A DNA stretch of 64,000 nucleotides, taken from the NCBI GenBank assembly GCA_046269625.1, contig JBJURY010111096.1, positions 1 through 64,000 of the forward strand, written 5' to 3'. The notes beneath the pieces are model-generated. The model did not search any database. It was given only the letters and a program-made list of their open reading frames with translations, and was not told the origin of the DNA. Every line of letters starts with the position of its first letter. Position 1 is the first letter of the stretch. The position numbers and the translations under genes were made by a program. Origin of the DNA: Hausera hauseri. Taxonomy: Eukaryota. Positions 27,850 through 38,482 of this stretch are shown here, piece by piece.

Positions 27850-28032
27850 TTATTTTTTAAATATATTTTCGTGTTCTTTTGAAATTAAATAGCGCACCAT
27901 ATCGCTTGGCTTCCGTTGATGAAAGTCAGAAATGGATTGCAGTTGACTAAGTTCTTTTCCTTCAAAAACTTGCCGGTGCTTTCCAACCCGGATTGATTTT
28001 TTCTTAATAAGTGACTTTTTACGACTTGACAT
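27850..28032 (-). CDS. small RHH-like DNA-binding protein
   Basis: RKPSDMVRYLI helix; TATCTTTG promoter at 28051-28058 favours the start at 28032. Confidence 0.5.
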   Translation of the reverse strand: MSSRKKSLIKKKSIRVGKHRQVFEGKELSQLQSISDFHQRKPSDMVRYLISKEHENIFKK

Positions 28033-28110
28033 AATATCTATGTGTTTTGACAAAGATATGCTAATCTAGCCTAAAAGGTAAAAAATATTCCTTAAATTTT
28101 CTTTTGATTA

Positions 28111-28689
28111 TCAGAAGATTCCGTAACCATACTTTAGGGTTACTTGCTTATTGGTAAAATTATAGCCGCCACCAAAAGCATTTCGGCCTCTTAAATACAA
28201 AGCTCCAGCGCCATAGGAATTTTTAACGCCAAGATTAGCCTCCACGAAGGGATATAGTGCAACATTTTTTGTAGGTGTATAGAAAGGAACAAATTCAGTG
28301 ACCTTTTCTTTAACGACCATGCTTTTGATTTTATACGTAGAATAGAAAGTATCTACTTCATGGCCGACTACTCTTGCGGTCACTTCCATATCCAAATTTT
28401 CATCTTTAATAAAGTAATCCCATTCGGATGTGTCGAGCATACAACTGCGATCGTAGTCGCTCGGACCAGGAGGACGAATTGGATTATTCTTTTTCTTGTA
28501 ACGAGCAGTATCGCGAACAGCTCTGCCGGTGTCCTTCTTGGCCGGTAGATAAACATAAAATGTATCAATCTGAATAATCGGATCGGGTAATTTCACTGGT
28601 GGACAATCCGGACATTTGACAAAATATTGATAGAGCAGAAAAATGATAATACCGATGAAGGCAATTCTTTCTAAAGTATGTTTAGCCAT
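28111..28689 (-). CDS. putative spanin-like lysis protein
   Basis: N-terminal TM, Pro-rich linker, C-terminal amphipathic beta strands ending YGYGIF; last gene of the lysis cluster. Confidence 0.5.
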   Translation of the reverse strand: MAKHTLERIAFIGIIIFLLYQYFVKCPDCPPVKLPDPIIQIDTFYVYLPAKKDTGRAVRDTARYKKKNNPIRPPGPSDYDRSCMLDTSEWDYFIKDENLDMEVTARVVGHEVDTFYSTYKIKSMVVKEKVTEFVPFYTPTKNVALYPFVEANLGVKNSYGAGALYLRGRNAFGGGYNFTNKQVTLKYGYGIF

Positions 28690-29303
28690 TGTGCAGGAGT
28701 TTTAAGGATGCCCATTGCTGAACGTTTCAAGTTAGTCATTGGAGCGAGTGGGGTATTGCCATAAATAGGACTTATCAAAACGCTGCAATCCATCTGATGT
28801 GGAGCCGGAAGATCCGCATCTTCAAAGTAGAAATACTGCATATACCCACCCACGCCAAACATAGAAAAAGGTGAACAATTAAAATCATACGTTTTAACTG
28901 TTTGCTTTTTATAAATTCCGTTAATGGTGAAGGTGACTTTTTTAGTCAATTCATTAAATATTACACTACCATCATATTCGATGTTCTCCAAGACAATCCC
29001 AAGCTTTCTCGGTGCTACTACATACCTTCCATTTAAAGAAAGGTAGGCGTGAAGTTCTGCATTGCCCGGAGGTAGCTGATCACCACCATGCGAGCTGCAG
29101 CGATACCCTAGTCTTATGATTTGCTGTTTTAGAGGATCTAAAGTGACACCTCCGATTTTTTGTATATCTGTACTCTCTGCCCGGTAAAATGCTGATGGAT
29201 GTAATTTAAAAACGAAATTAAACCCAATTACTTTTGGTTTCAGCGCGGGGAATTTGGTTCCCTTACTATAATAATGATTTTCCGGGATTGTGTAGAGATA
29301 CAT
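28671..29303 (-). CDS. beta-rich hypothetical protein in the lysis cluster
   Basis: YTIPENHYYS, QKIGG, RLGYR, YF..APHQM pattern. Confidence 0.45.
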   Translation of the reverse strand: MYLYTIPENHYYSKGTKFPALKPKVIGFNFVFKLHPSAFYRAESTDIQKIGGVTLDPLKQQIIRLGYRCSSHGGDQLPPGNAELHAYLSLNGRYVVAPRKLGIVLENIEYDGSVIFNELTKKVTFTINGIYKKQTVKTYDFNCSPFSMFGVGGYMQYFYFEDADLPAPHQMDCSVLISPIYGNTPLAPMTNLKRSAMGILKTPAQWLNIL

Positions 29304-29306
29304 AAA

Positions 29307-29648
29307 TTATTGATCGGGTGTATTTTTTTTCACTTTGCCCTCTATAAATATCATAACGTGCCTAAAGAAGCTGGAATTGGCATAGCCAACGAAAAGACTT
29401 ATTGCAGCTCCCCACGATTCATCCAATTGCCCGGAGTAATCGAAAGCGATCAAACAAGCAGTGCTGCAAAATAAAGATACGAGCCATTCGCGAATATGAG
29501 TATCAAAAAATATTCTCAAATTGAAATCAGCTTTGTACTTTGTTTTCTTTGCTCCTAATCGCATTAGCCCATGAATTAGGAGGCCCAGGATCATCATCAG
29601 CCAATGAACCATGCCCAGGTCTTGAAGGAAAGAGATAATTTTATGCAT
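29307..29648 (-). CDS. putative holin
   Basis: 113 aa, three hydrophobic segments, basic C-terminus, next to the endolysin. Confidence 0.6.
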   Translation of the reverse strand: MHKIISFLQDLGMVHWLMMILGLLIHGLMRLGAKKTKYKADFNLRIFFDTHIREWLVSLFCSTACLIAFDYSGQLDESWGAAISLFVGYANSSFFRHVMIFIEGKVKKNTPDQ

Positions 29649-29967
29649 TTGCGTTTATACGTTCATGTAATTTTTCAATTGATTCCTTAGTGTTGCGCTC
29701 CATCTTATCGACAGAAGCAGCAATGTTTTGCACCATAACCTTGATTTCGGTTAATATTAAATCAGAGCGATGCATATCTTTTCGGATAACACCAAGCTCT
29801 TCTTCTTTTTTATCTAAACCTTGTTCCAAGCTCATGATTTTTGTATTTAATTCAGCGAATTTATCTTTGAATGATTTTTGAACTGACTTATACATTCCAA
29901 ATTGAACTCCAACCGAGAATATCAATGTTCCGAGTGTAATCCCTAAATTAGTTAAATTTCCATCCAT
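29641..29967 (-). CDS. membrane-anchored coiled-coil lysis protein (holin/antiholin-like)
   Basis: N-terminal TM plus coiled coil. Confidence 0.5.
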   Translation of the reverse strand: MDGNLTNLGITLGTLIFSVGVQFGMYKSVQKSFKDKFAELNTKIMSLEQGLDKKEEELGVIRKDMHRSDLILTEIKVMVQNIAASVDKMERNTKESIEKLHERINANA

Positions 29968-30427
29968 GTTGTGCGTTGACGATTTTTAAGCGTATATATT
30001 CTTGTTTAGCGAGCGCAGGGTGATTTTTGATGTATGGGAATAAGTGTTGATTGAACGCAGTCCTGCTATCGTATATGTGCTTTTTGTCGTGACGCATACC
30101 AGGTAAAGGACAGCCTTCGGTTTCTTCGTGGGTATTGCCCGGATGATAACGCACTCCAGTCCACTTATTCTGCCCATCAATTATTTCATAATTTTCTGAA
30201 TTGTAAATTATTGGCAAATCTTTTTGGAAACGATTACTAAAAGTAATGCCAACCATGTATTCGCCTTCGGGGATAGCAGTATCTCCTTGCAGCTTCACTC
30301 CTAACGGTCGAGCGACATCTTCCAAAACGTGACAAATAAAGGTATGATTCGCTCCATTATACGCATAGATGGACCCGAACGTAGCCGATAGTGTAAATAA
30401 ATTCCTTATTTGAATTAAATCATACAT
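29948..30427 (-). CDS. DUF5675-family putative endolysin
   Basis: ATFGSI, CHVLED, TAIPEGEY, SNRF, GVRYHPGNT..TEGCPLPG. Confidence 0.8.
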   Translation of the reverse strand: MYDLIQIRNLFTLSATFGSIYAYNGANHTFICHVLEDVARPLGVKLQGDTAIPEGEYMVGITFSNRFQKDLPIIYNSENYEIIDGQNKWTGVRYHPGNTHEETEGCPLPGMRHDKKHIYDSRTAFNQHLFPYIKNHPALAKQEYIRLKIVNAQHGWKFN

Positions 30428-30436
30428 ATTGCGTTA

Positions 30437-30455
30437 CGAAGTTATGCTATATTTG
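30437..30455. promoter_or_regulatory. overlapping divergent promoters (TAACTTCG minus; TATATTTG plus)
   Basis: 44-nt gap between the lysis and packaging modules. Confidence 0.55.
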
Positions 30456-30471
30456 TTTCAAACAAAAGCCT

Positions 30472-31185
30472 ATGAAAATCATTATGAACAATGTACTGGT
30501 TAAAAGTGATCCAAACAATGAGTTGGTCTTAGCCGGGGGATTCAAACTATTTTTAGACAATAGATTTGAACTGGAAAAAAATGCACCCCAGTCCGGTATT
30601 GTGGTTCAACTTCCCGAAAAATTAGTTTTTAACCACGATTCAGCCGATAGTACAATGTTCGATGTGAATATCGAGTTGCAAGTTGGTGATATAGTTATTT
30701 TCAATTACTTGGCACACGACTATGCTGTAAAAAGCGGTGCTGTGATTGATGGAAATATCCTTATCCGGTACGATAGCATCTACGTGGCTATTCGCGATGG
30801 TAAAGTAATTCCGATCAACGGAGGTATCATTGTTGAGCCATTGAACGAGCTTATCAAAACAGATCTTTACATACCCGATAGCTACAACAAGCGACTGAAA
30901 AATTTAGGAAAAGTCGTACATGCCGGTGTTCCGGATCGTGGACATTGGGGCCGACGAGCCGAGCCACCACAGCGCCCAATGTTATCAACTAATAGTGGGT
31001 TTTCACAATCCGACCGGTATGCCGAGCCAGGTGATCGAGTGTATTTTCATTACGCCAATGCAATTCCGTTGCAGCACAACCACGAGCTGCATGGTAAGGT
31101 CAGCAAAACGATTCTGTACCGGATGAATCATAGTGACATTGAATTAATTGATACGTCAGATAAACTAATTCCACATGAAGCCTAA
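30472..31185 (+). CDS. tandem GroES/Cpn10-like protein
   Basis: NNVLVK..GIVVQLP..LQVGDIVIF and a second repeat PINGGIIVEP..LYIPD..GKVVHAG..PGDRVYF. Confidence 0.7.
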   Translation: MKIIMNNVLVKSDPNNELVLAGGFKLFLDNRFELEKNAPQSGIVVQLPEKLVFNHDSADSTMFDVNIELQVGDIVIFNYLAHDYAVKSGAVIDGNILIRYDSIYVAIRDGKVIPINGGIIVEPLNELIKTDLYIPDSYNKRLKNLGKVVHAGVPDRGHWGRRAEPPQRPMLSTNSGFSQSDRYAEPGDRVYFHYANAIPLQHNHELHGKVSKTILYRMNHSDIELIDTSDKLIPHEA

Positions 31186-31867
31186 CGAACAACTTTTCGC
31201 CGATCGTGATTTTGAGAGTTTGATGTACCCGATCCAAGAACTCAAAAAAGGAGAATCTTTATTAACAAAGTTTCCTAATTTGTTGATAATGCCCTCTTTT
31301 GCCAATTATCATCGCCAAGAGGTAGGCCCGGATCAAGTGCTGTTGGATGTAAACCTGGTTATTCGATATATTATTTATGCCTACGACCGGGAAAGTCCGA
31401 TCGTTAAAAGATTCATGAACGATGTTGAAAAGCGCAAAACCCTGGCCAGTGATTATGCAGGATTTCCGTACAACGAGCAGGGTATTTTTTCGCTCGATGT
31501 TGATCGAATGATGAAGTGCAAGAACCGATACGTAAACTCAATGATCATTGATTACACGAGGCAATACAATGATCCCGAATACGCATTGTTAATAAGTGGA
31601 TATGATGCCTACTGGCAAAAGCTTACCCAGGCCACCACCGTTGAAGAAGGTGATGATGCAAAACGTGATGCTTTTCAGATTGAAGAAACAAAAGGTAAGA
31701 TTTTTGATCAAGCTCGTAAAATGGCTGGCGTACTTTCGGAGCTATCCGAAAAAATACTATCAGACGATAATAAATTATTGAAACAAGATTTTTATAGTGT
31801 TATTGACAAAGCTGTACGCAATCGGCTTCGTATTACTCCCGAGCGTGTAGCCGGATTAGAGGACTAA
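31175..31867 (+). CDS. hypothetical protein, candidate terminase small subunit
   Basis: Helical protein coupled directly upstream of TerL. Confidence 0.4.
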   Translation: MKPNEQLFADRDFESLMYPIQELKKGESLLTKFPNLLIMPSFANYHRQEVGPDQVLLDVNLVIRYIIYAYDRESPIVKRFMNDVEKRKTLASDYAGFPYNEQGIFSLDVDRMMKCKNRYVNSMIIDYTRQYNDPEYALLISGYDAYWQKLTQATTVEEGDDAKRDAFQIEETKGKIFDQARKMAGVLSELSEKILSDDNKLLKQDFYSVIDKAVRNRLRITPERVAGLED

Positions 31868-33993
31868 TGGAAATTGAAAGCAGATACCTGGAGGCTGAAA
31901 CCAAGATCATTTTTAACCAAGATGATCCCGATCTGCATCCCATAGAATATTTTATTGGTGAGCCTCCCCCGGTAGAAGAGATGCTCAATTATGAGCTGCC
32001 GGAAGAAGAATGTTACTGGAAGCGCTTTGCAGTACCGCCAAAGCTTTTAATGCTGGACCGGGATTTAACTCTTACACCACACCAAAAGATAGAGCAAATT
32101 GAACAAAATCAAGAGTACTATAAAAATGAGATAGAGTACATTTTGCGCGACATTGAGTTTGGGCAGAAAGGATTTTGGATGATCATCAAGGATCGCCCTT
32201 ACTATGTTCCTCCGCAATACTACCTTTATTTACAATGGTGGCCGATTGATGGAAAGTATGTAGAGTTCAGAAATCGGGATCGAAAATTTTTCCTTTTCGA
32301 TAAGATGGTTGATGAAGATCCCAATTCAATCGGCTTTAATTATCCCAAGCATCGAAGGGAGGGAGCGACCAACAAAATCTCTTCCAAACGGAAAAACCTG
32401 GCACAATCTACTGCTTTTGCTAAAGTAGGTATGCAGAGTAAAGACGAGAAACACGCCAAGAAAATTCATGAGGACATGATACTTATGAATTGGAGGTATT
32501 ACACACCATTTTGGCGCAAACCAGTTTACAACGGACTTAACAACGACACCACATCCCTTTCATTCAGCTCCCCCACTGCCAAGAGTAACCCCGATTATGG
32601 ACGCATTGCTCTTAACAGCCTTATCGACTTCCGGGATAGTGGTGAGAAAGCTTACGATGGATTAAAGCTTAAACACCTATTCAATGACGAGATTGGTAAA
32701 ACCGCAGAGGTTGACGTAAAGCGCAGGATGGAGATTCAGAGGCAGTGTTTAGCCGATGGATCTACAATCTTCGGAAAGATGGTGAACGCTTCCACCGTTG
32801 ACGAAATGGAGAAAGGGGGAGGAAAAGTATTTAAGAAGATCTGTGATCAAAGCCACTACCACGTAAAGAACAAAAACACCGGGCGCACCGCCAGTTGGCT
32901 GTATAATTTCTTCATGCCAGCCGGAGAAGGTTTTGGTGGAAAGATCCCCGAACCGCTACGCAAACAATTCGGTTGCGATACATGGATCGATAAGTACGGA
33001 TTTGATGTGATGGATCCCGAAACGGGCAGACCTGCAGCCGAGCTTTTTCACCTTTCCGTTCGCGAAGAATACCGCAGAAATAATGATTTTGAAGGATTGA
33101 TCGAATATACCCGGCAGTTCCCCTTGCGATGGAAGGATTGCTGGAAACAAGCTGTAAATGAGTGCAATTTCAATCTTGAAATCATTGAAGATAGATTAGA
33201 TCACTACCGAAATGGCAACACCGACAAACAGCGTGGTGACTTCATGTGGCTGGACAATATACCCGACACACAAGTAATTTGGGTTCTCAATCCAGTTTCC
33301 GGAAAATTTTACATTTCCTACCAGTTCCCGGATCCCCGCGATTCCAATAAGTATTTCATAAGCAATGGCATAAAGATCCCCGGCAATACTCGAAAGTTTT
33401 GTGGTGGGGGCGATCCGTTCAAGTTTAAGACCACCAAAGGCGGTAAAAAATCGTTGGGGGGCGGCGCAGTATTTATGAAGCACGACATAATACTGGATCC
33501 TCCGGGCCTGGATATTTCCAAGTATCGATCAAACAGATTCGTATGTACATACTCTAACCGGCCATCGGATAAGAAGATTTACGGAGAGGATATGATCATG
33601 ATGTGCGTTTATTTTGGTTGCGAAATGTTCCCGGAAATCAACGTGGAGTTCCTTTGGGATTACTTCATGGAAAGGGGTTATGGGGGCTATTTAATGTACG
33701 CAATAGATCCTAACACCAATAAAGTTAGTATTACGCCCGGAGCCAATACGACAGATAAAACAAAAGAAGCTATTTTTAGGGAGTATCAATTTTACATTCA
33801 GCATCATGGACATAGGGAGGTTCACGATGAAATATTGGAGCAATGTAAAGAGATTGAAGATGATATGGGTGACTACGATTTATTTGTTGCAGGAGGACTT
33901 GCGCTCATTGGCGCAGGGAAGCAGTCGTTTATTACCCAAGAACAATCAACAAGAGATATTGAAGAATTAATACCAACCTATTATCATAATTAA
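31867..33993 (+). CDS. terL: terminase large subunit
   Basis: KHRREGAT Walker A variant, YDGLKL..FNDEIGK Walker B, ASTV, RQFP, GGDPF RNase-H Asp, YSNRP, PEIN, DYDLFVAGG. Confidence 0.85.
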   Translation: MEIESRYLEAETKIIFNQDDPDLHPIEYFIGEPPPVEEMLNYELPEEECYWKRFAVPPKLLMLDRDLTLTPHQKIEQIEQNQEYYKNEIEYILRDIEFGQKGFWMIIKDRPYYVPPQYYLYLQWWPIDGKYVEFRNRDRKFFLFDKMVDEDPNSIGFNYPKHRREGATNKISSKRKNLAQSTAFAKVGMQSKDEKHAKKIHEDMILMNWRYYTPFWRKPVYNGLNNDTTSLSFSSPTAKSNPDYGRIALNSLIDFRDSGEKAYDGLKLKHLFNDEIGKTAEVDVKRRMEIQRQCLADGSTIFGKMVNASTVDEMEKGGGKVFKKICDQSHYHVKNKNTGRTASWLYNFFMPAGEGFGGKIPEPLRKQFGCDTWIDKYGFDVMDPETGRPAAELFHLSVREEYRRNNDFEGLIEYTRQFPLRWKDCWKQAVNECNFNLEIIEDRLDHYRNGNTDKQRGDFMWLDNIPDTQVIWVLNPVSGKFYISYQFPDPRDSNKYFISNGIKIPGNTRKFCGGGDPFKFKTTKGGKKSLGGGAVFMKHDIILDPPGLDISKYRSNRFVCTYSNRPSDKKIYGEDMIMMCVYFGCEMFPEINVEFLWDYFMERGYGGYLMYAIDPNTNKVSITPGANTTDKTKEAIFREYQFYIQHHGHREVHDEILEQCKEIEDDMGDYDLFVAGGLALIGAGKQSFITQEQSTRDIEELIPTYYHN

Positions 33994-33994
33994 C

Positions 33995-36319
33995 ATGGCA
34001 AACATTCCTTACACTCAAAGGTATAACAGCTCTAAATATCGGAATCCGATTGATGATATTGATCCGCAAATCAAACAAGGAAAAATCAAAAAAACGGATG
34101 AAAATGGCGAGGACATAGCTCGTAGATACTTCCGCGAGAAATGCGAATACATTTACGCTTGCTATTTGCGTGATGATGCATTTATTCCATACAGCGCAAC
34201 CACTGATTACAGAATTAATAGAGCGTATGCGCAGGGCAAACAGCCCCCTGCAAAATACAAGCAGCAACTCACCATTAAAGATAAGCAAACCGGACTTCGC
34301 AAGGGATGGATGAATATCAGTTGGGATATAATGCCTATTCTTCCAAAATTCAGAAGCTTGGTATTGGGTAAATTCGATGATATTGATTACACCGTTTACA
34401 CCCGGGCGATTGACGAAGCCAGCAATACAGTGAGAGAGGACATTAAAATGCAAGTTGTTATTGAACGTAAATATGGTGAAATGCTGCAAGAGTTTCGTGA
34501 TGCTATTGGTATCAAAGAAGATGAAATGGCCAATGGAACTGCGAGCTTACCATTTATGCCTAAGAGCATTGAAGAGTTTAATATGCTCTCTCAGATGAAC
34601 GCTTTTCGACTAGCTTGGGAGATCAGCATGGATAAGCTGATGATCGACACTGCCATGAAATCTAATTTTCCGGAACTTAAAAGAAGATTGATGGAAGATG
34701 CGGTTGATTTAGGAATGATAGCCATGCAAGCTGTTACCGATAAGCAGTCCAATACGCCAATGATGGAGTACCTTGATCCGGAGTATTTAATCGTTCGTCA
34801 AACACGCAGAAACGACTACTATGATATTTCCGAGTGGGGATATATTAAGTGGGCTACCGTTGCTCAATTAAAAGATTTCGGATTAACCGATGCAGAAATA
34901 CGTGAAGCAGCCGGAGCATACAGCAGTATGTGGGGCAACCCTACTATCAATGCCGGTGCTTATGGTGGAGGAACAGATGCAAGAGGCTCTTATGACAGTT
35001 TCAGAATTGCATATTTGGATACGGAGTTTATGAGCTTCGATCGGTATTTTTATGAGAGCAGGATGATAAATAACAAAGAGGTATTTTTTGATCTCGATTA
35101 TCCTGGAGAACCTACCAGCAAAAAGAACAAGGTTTATCCTAAACAGAAGCAGAAACTTTATCGCGCCAAGTGGATTATAGGTACAAATATTGTTTTTGAT
35201 TATGGATTGCAGTACGATGTTCCTTACGATCAAGAAGGAAAGCCAACGCCAAGTTTACATTGCTATCGTATCTCTGATCGTAGTATGATAAATCAATGTA
35301 TTGCCAATGCTGATGATGTGCAGATTTCTGTTCTGAAATTTAGAAATGCTGTTGCAGAAAGTGCTCCTAACGGTCTTATGGTAGAATGGTCGTCGATCAG
35401 CAACATTACGCATGGAGGTGATACAATGAGCCCATACGATATTTTGCAAATCAAAAAGGATCGAGGGGATCTGTTGTTTAAGTATGCTGTCAATCCTGCC
35501 AACGGTATGCCCATTCAAGGTGGTATTGCTCCAGTAACGCCACTAGCAGGTGGTATTGGACCTTATTTAGATGAACTGATCAGATCATTGGATTGGCAAA
35601 TCAATATGATTCGTGAAATCACCGGTATCAACGCAGTGGTTGATTCAAGCGCACCTCAACCTGGCGCATTGGTAGGCACTGCAAAAATTGCCGAAGCCGC
35701 TACGAATTACGTGTTGCGCCCATTGTTATCCGGGTATAAAAGCGTTAAATCAAGATTATTCGCTAACATTTGTAATAGATGGCAAATAACAGCCATGTAC
35801 TACAAGGATGAAGTGGTTATTGATGGTGGTCCGAACGCAGCTTTTGAAACAATCGGACTGGGAGCTGATATTTATAAGCCAGTGTTCGCAGTGCATTGCG
35901 ATGTACTCATTGCCGAGGAAGATAAAATGAAGCTCGACCAAGCTTGCCTTGAATCCCTGCGAGCTGCTAAAACCGGAAGCGTTGGCATAACGCCAATGGA
36001 TTATTTCTACATTCAGCAGCTCATTCAAGTTGGTAATATACGCTGGGCGTGGGTTTATTTAAGTTACCGCGAACAAATCCTTAAAGATGAAGCGCATCGT
36101 CAATCAATAGAAACGCAGAAAGTTCAAGCCGAAGGAGTGGCCAAAGCAAACAAAGAAGCGTCTGATGCTAAGGTTAATGAAATCAAAATAGCCGAGGAAG
36201 AAAAGCGCAAAACGTTGATTTTGGAATATCAACTGAAAAAAGATTTAGATCTAGCCAAGATCAGAGAAACGAATATGCAAAAGAAGGAAGCGGGAGCAAC
36301 TGCCCCGACAAGCAGCTAA
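33995..36319 (+). CDS. portal protein (crAss-like type)
   Basis: Follows TerL; RAYAQGKQ..KYK, NISWDIMPILPKF, MIREITGIN; C-terminal coiled coil. Confidence 0.8.
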   Translation: MANIPYTQRYNSSKYRNPIDDIDPQIKQGKIKKTDENGEDIARRYFREKCEYIYACYLRDDAFIPYSATTDYRINRAYAQGKQPPAKYKQQLTIKDKQTGLRKGWMNISWDIMPILPKFRSLVLGKFDDIDYTVYTRAIDEASNTVREDIKMQVVIERKYGEMLQEFRDAIGIKEDEMANGTASLPFMPKSIEEFNMLSQMNAFRLAWEISMDKLMIDTAMKSNFPELKRRLMEDAVDLGMIAMQAVTDKQSNTPMMEYLDPEYLIVRQTRRNDYYDISEWGYIKWATVAQLKDFGLTDAEIREAAGAYSSMWGNPTINAGAYGGGTDARGSYDSFRIAYLDTEFMSFDRYFYESRMINNKEVFFDLDYPGEPTSKKNKVYPKQKQKLYRAKWIIGTNIVFDYGLQYDVPYDQEGKPTPSLHCYRISDRSMINQCIANADDVQISVLKFRNAVAESAPNGLMVEWSSISNITHGGDTMSPYDILQIKKDRGDLLFKYAVNPANGMPIQGGIAPVTPLAGGIGPYLDELIRSLDWQINMIREITGINAVVDSSAPQPGALVGTAKIAEAATNYVLRPLLSGYKSVKSRLFANICNRWQITAMYYKDEVVIDGGPNAAFETIGLGADIYKPVFAVHCDVLIAEEDKMKLDQACLESLRAAKTGSVGITPMDYFYIQQLIQVGNIRWAWVYLSYREQILKDEAHRQSIETQKVQAEGVAKANKEASDAKVNEIKIAEEEKRKTLILEYQLKKDLDLAKIRETNMQKKEAGATAPTSS

Positions 36320-36383
36320 GAAAAAGCTGCTGCGATTAATGATACAAGTAACATAATTCCTCTGATCAATTCAAAGGTACTCT

Positions 36384-36620
36384 CTAAGCTTTCTTTTTTA
36401 CTACTGGCTCCCATCGGACATTACACTCAATCACTGGCACCGCTACTTTCAGTGTATCATTGTTCCACCGGTTAATCATTTTAAACATATTGGATTTTCG
36501 TGTGTACCGTTCGCTAGGGTGTACCGGTTCTCCGTTGCGAGCAACAAGACGAAAACTCCATTGTCCTTTGCTCTTTCTCCATTTAATAAATGTTACTATT
36601 GGTTTTTTACTTGCGCTCAT
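36384..36620 (-). CDS. DUF1508/YegP-like protein
   Basis: KSKGQWSFRLVARNGE..SERYTRKSN. Confidence 0.65.
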   Translation of the reverse strand: MSASKKPIVTFIKWRKSKGQWSFRLVARNGEPVHPSERYTRKSNMFKMINRWNNDTLKVAVPVIECNVRWEPVVKKKA

Positions 36621-36631
36621 ATATTTAAGGT

Positions 36632-37852
36632 TTAATAGATTTCCATTACCACGCATATTCCACCCGAACCATTACCGCCCGCACCAGATGGTGTACCGTT
36701 GAGAGAAGCATAACCACCGCCACCGCCAGCTCCGTAGTTACCACCATTACCCGCATTTGAAGAAGGGAAACCGCCGCCACCACCCGTACCTAATCCTATT
36801 ACGGTACTTAATGATGTACTCATGGATAAAAATAAACTTTGATTGTTTGCCCCCGCAGTAGCAGATGCAGCACCCGCAATCAATACGCCATTTTGATAAA
36901 CTCCACCACCAGCACCTCCTGCTGTAGCCGATACGTTCGATGAGTTGATGCCACCACCACCTCCCCCACCTGGTGCTGCTTGACCACCCGCAAAACCAGT
37001 AGTACCAGCACTACCCGCAGCGTTGGTTGATCCCGCACCACCATTCGCTCCTGCCAATGCAAAGCCACCAAAAGAAGGTGTACAAGTATTGGCAGAACCT
37101 CCACCACCAAGCGTACCCGATGCTGTTGTTCCTCCTACACCTCCGGAACCGCCCCTTGCAATCACCAAAGCCCCAAATGACGTATCGCCACCCGCAGTAC
37201 CCGTATTACCATTGGATGATGATGACGCTTGTGCTGTACCTCCCGTGCCTACCGTTCCCGTTGTTACCGCTACGGTTGATGTTAGGTCGGCAGCCGTTAT
37301 ACCACGCCAAACGACAGCACCGCCACCGCCACCGCCACCGCCAAAACGATTCTCCCCTGCTGCGCCTTGCCTTCCCGAACCACCACCACCGCCAGCACCT
37401 ACGCACGTAACTAAAACTCGCTTCAATCCGCTTGGCTTAGTCCATGTGCCATTAGCAGTAAAGGTTGTGAATATGATCGATTCCTGGGATGATGTAGAGT
37501 TGATCTTCCAACCGAAATCCCGAGAGTATTCAAGCGTATCACCTACTTGAAGCAATGCCCTGCGGATAATGTACTCCGTTCCCGAAACGTCTTTTTTAAC
37601 AATGACCGTTTTTGCGGTAGTGTCGTTATTATAAAGAGATAAATAGGTAATTTGTCTTGTTGTTGATATGCCTGCAGCACCCACTAAATCAACATCGGTA
37701 GTATTATTAGTATCTACATTAAAAGACGATTGAGGCAAGATCTGACCCGTAGATATAATGTCTTGATAGGATGCGGTGCATTGTACTTGTTGGGTCGTTA
37801 CCGCACCCGTCAATACAACTTGAACCTTTTCATTTGCTCCGTTTATGTACAT
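36632..37852 (-). CDS. glycine-rich tail-fibre-like protein
   Basis: [23 protein letters not shown]...[11 protein letters not shown] glycine-rich domain. Confidence 0.7.
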   Translation of the reverse strand: MYINGANEKVQVVLTGAVTTQQVQCTASYQDIISTGQILPQSSFNVDTNNTTDVDLVGAAGISTTRQITYLSLYNNDTTAKTVIVKKDVSGTEYIIRRALLQVGDTLEYSRDFGWKINSTSSQESIIFTTFTANGTWTKPSGLKRVLVTCVGAGGGGGSGRQGAAGENRFGGGGGGGGAVVWRGITAADLTSTVAVTTGTVGTGGTAQASSSSNGNTGTAGGDTSFGALVIARGGSGGVGGTTASGTLGGGGSANTCTPSFGGFALAGANGGAGSTNAAGSAGTTGFAGGQAAPGGGGGGGINSSNVSATAGGAGGGVYQNGVLIAGAASATAGANNQSLFLSMSTSLSTVIGLGTGGGGGFPSSNAGNGGNYGAGGGGGYASLNGTPSGAGGNGSGGICVVMEIY

Positions 37853-37855
37853 GGT

Positions 37856-38482
37856 TTAATAGGATGCGATTAACGCCATTATATAATTAACTGATGGTTT
37901 TGTATCAGCATACGCCTTCACTGTTGGAGTGTCCGGGTATGTTCCTGCTGCACCGTTTATGTTTGTCGTTTTATTGGCTACATTTTCCGGAGTGAATCCA
38001 AGTGCATTTTGTTTCCCATCAAATATAGCAAAATCCGTAGCCGATAAATATCCATCAGTTATTGGATCAGCTTCGGGCATAGATAATGTTCTATCGGCGG
38101 TCAAATCACCGCCGCCAGTTAGCGGGGCAGTCGTATTAATTTTTCGTGATAATGGTACACCTACAACAGCTACCAATGGACTTCCAGGCGTTCCATCCCC
38201 AGTAATGGTTGAGCCATCAACAGAAATTTGAACTACCGGGTTAGCTGGATCAGTATTGTTGGTATCAAGTCCGGTAACAGAAGATACTCCACCGCCACCA
38301 GCAGAAGGAACAAAGTAATATTCCCCTGGCTGTGCGATCCATTTCTTACCGAATGGCATCGCTGTTTGAATGTAAAGTTTGCTGCCATAAATATCCAGTG
38401 CGCGAACACCAGCCTTTGCCGGAAGGTTGGGCACTCCCGAACAAATAAAATCTACGATAACAAAATTTACCAATTGGTTCAT
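37856..38482 (-). CDS. tail-fibre-like structural protein
   Basis: INTTAPLTGGGDL, DGYLSATDF..FDGKQNALGFTPENVANK, YPDTPTVKAY fibre motifs. Confidence 0.65.
   Translation of the reverse strand: MNQLVNFVIVDFICSGVPNLPAKAGVRALDIYGSKLYIQTAMPFGKKWIAQPGEYYFVPSAGGGGVSSVTGLDTNNTDPANPVVQISVDGSTITGDGTPGSPLVAVVGVPLSRKINTTAPLTGGGDLTADRTLSMPEADPITDGYLSATDFAIFDGKQNALGFTPENVANKTTNINGAAGTYPDTPTVKAYADTKPSVNYIMALIASY

Noticed and set aside
30428-36357. Recombinase inverted repeats flanking the packaging module (ATTGCGTTAC vs ATTATGTTAC)
   Set aside because: Only 8 of 10 positions match in AT-rich DNA, too weak to call.
36632-37852. Diversity-generating retroelement target or tandem repeat
   Set aside because: The repetitiveness is explained by Gly codons; no reverse transcriptase or TR/VR pair was seen.
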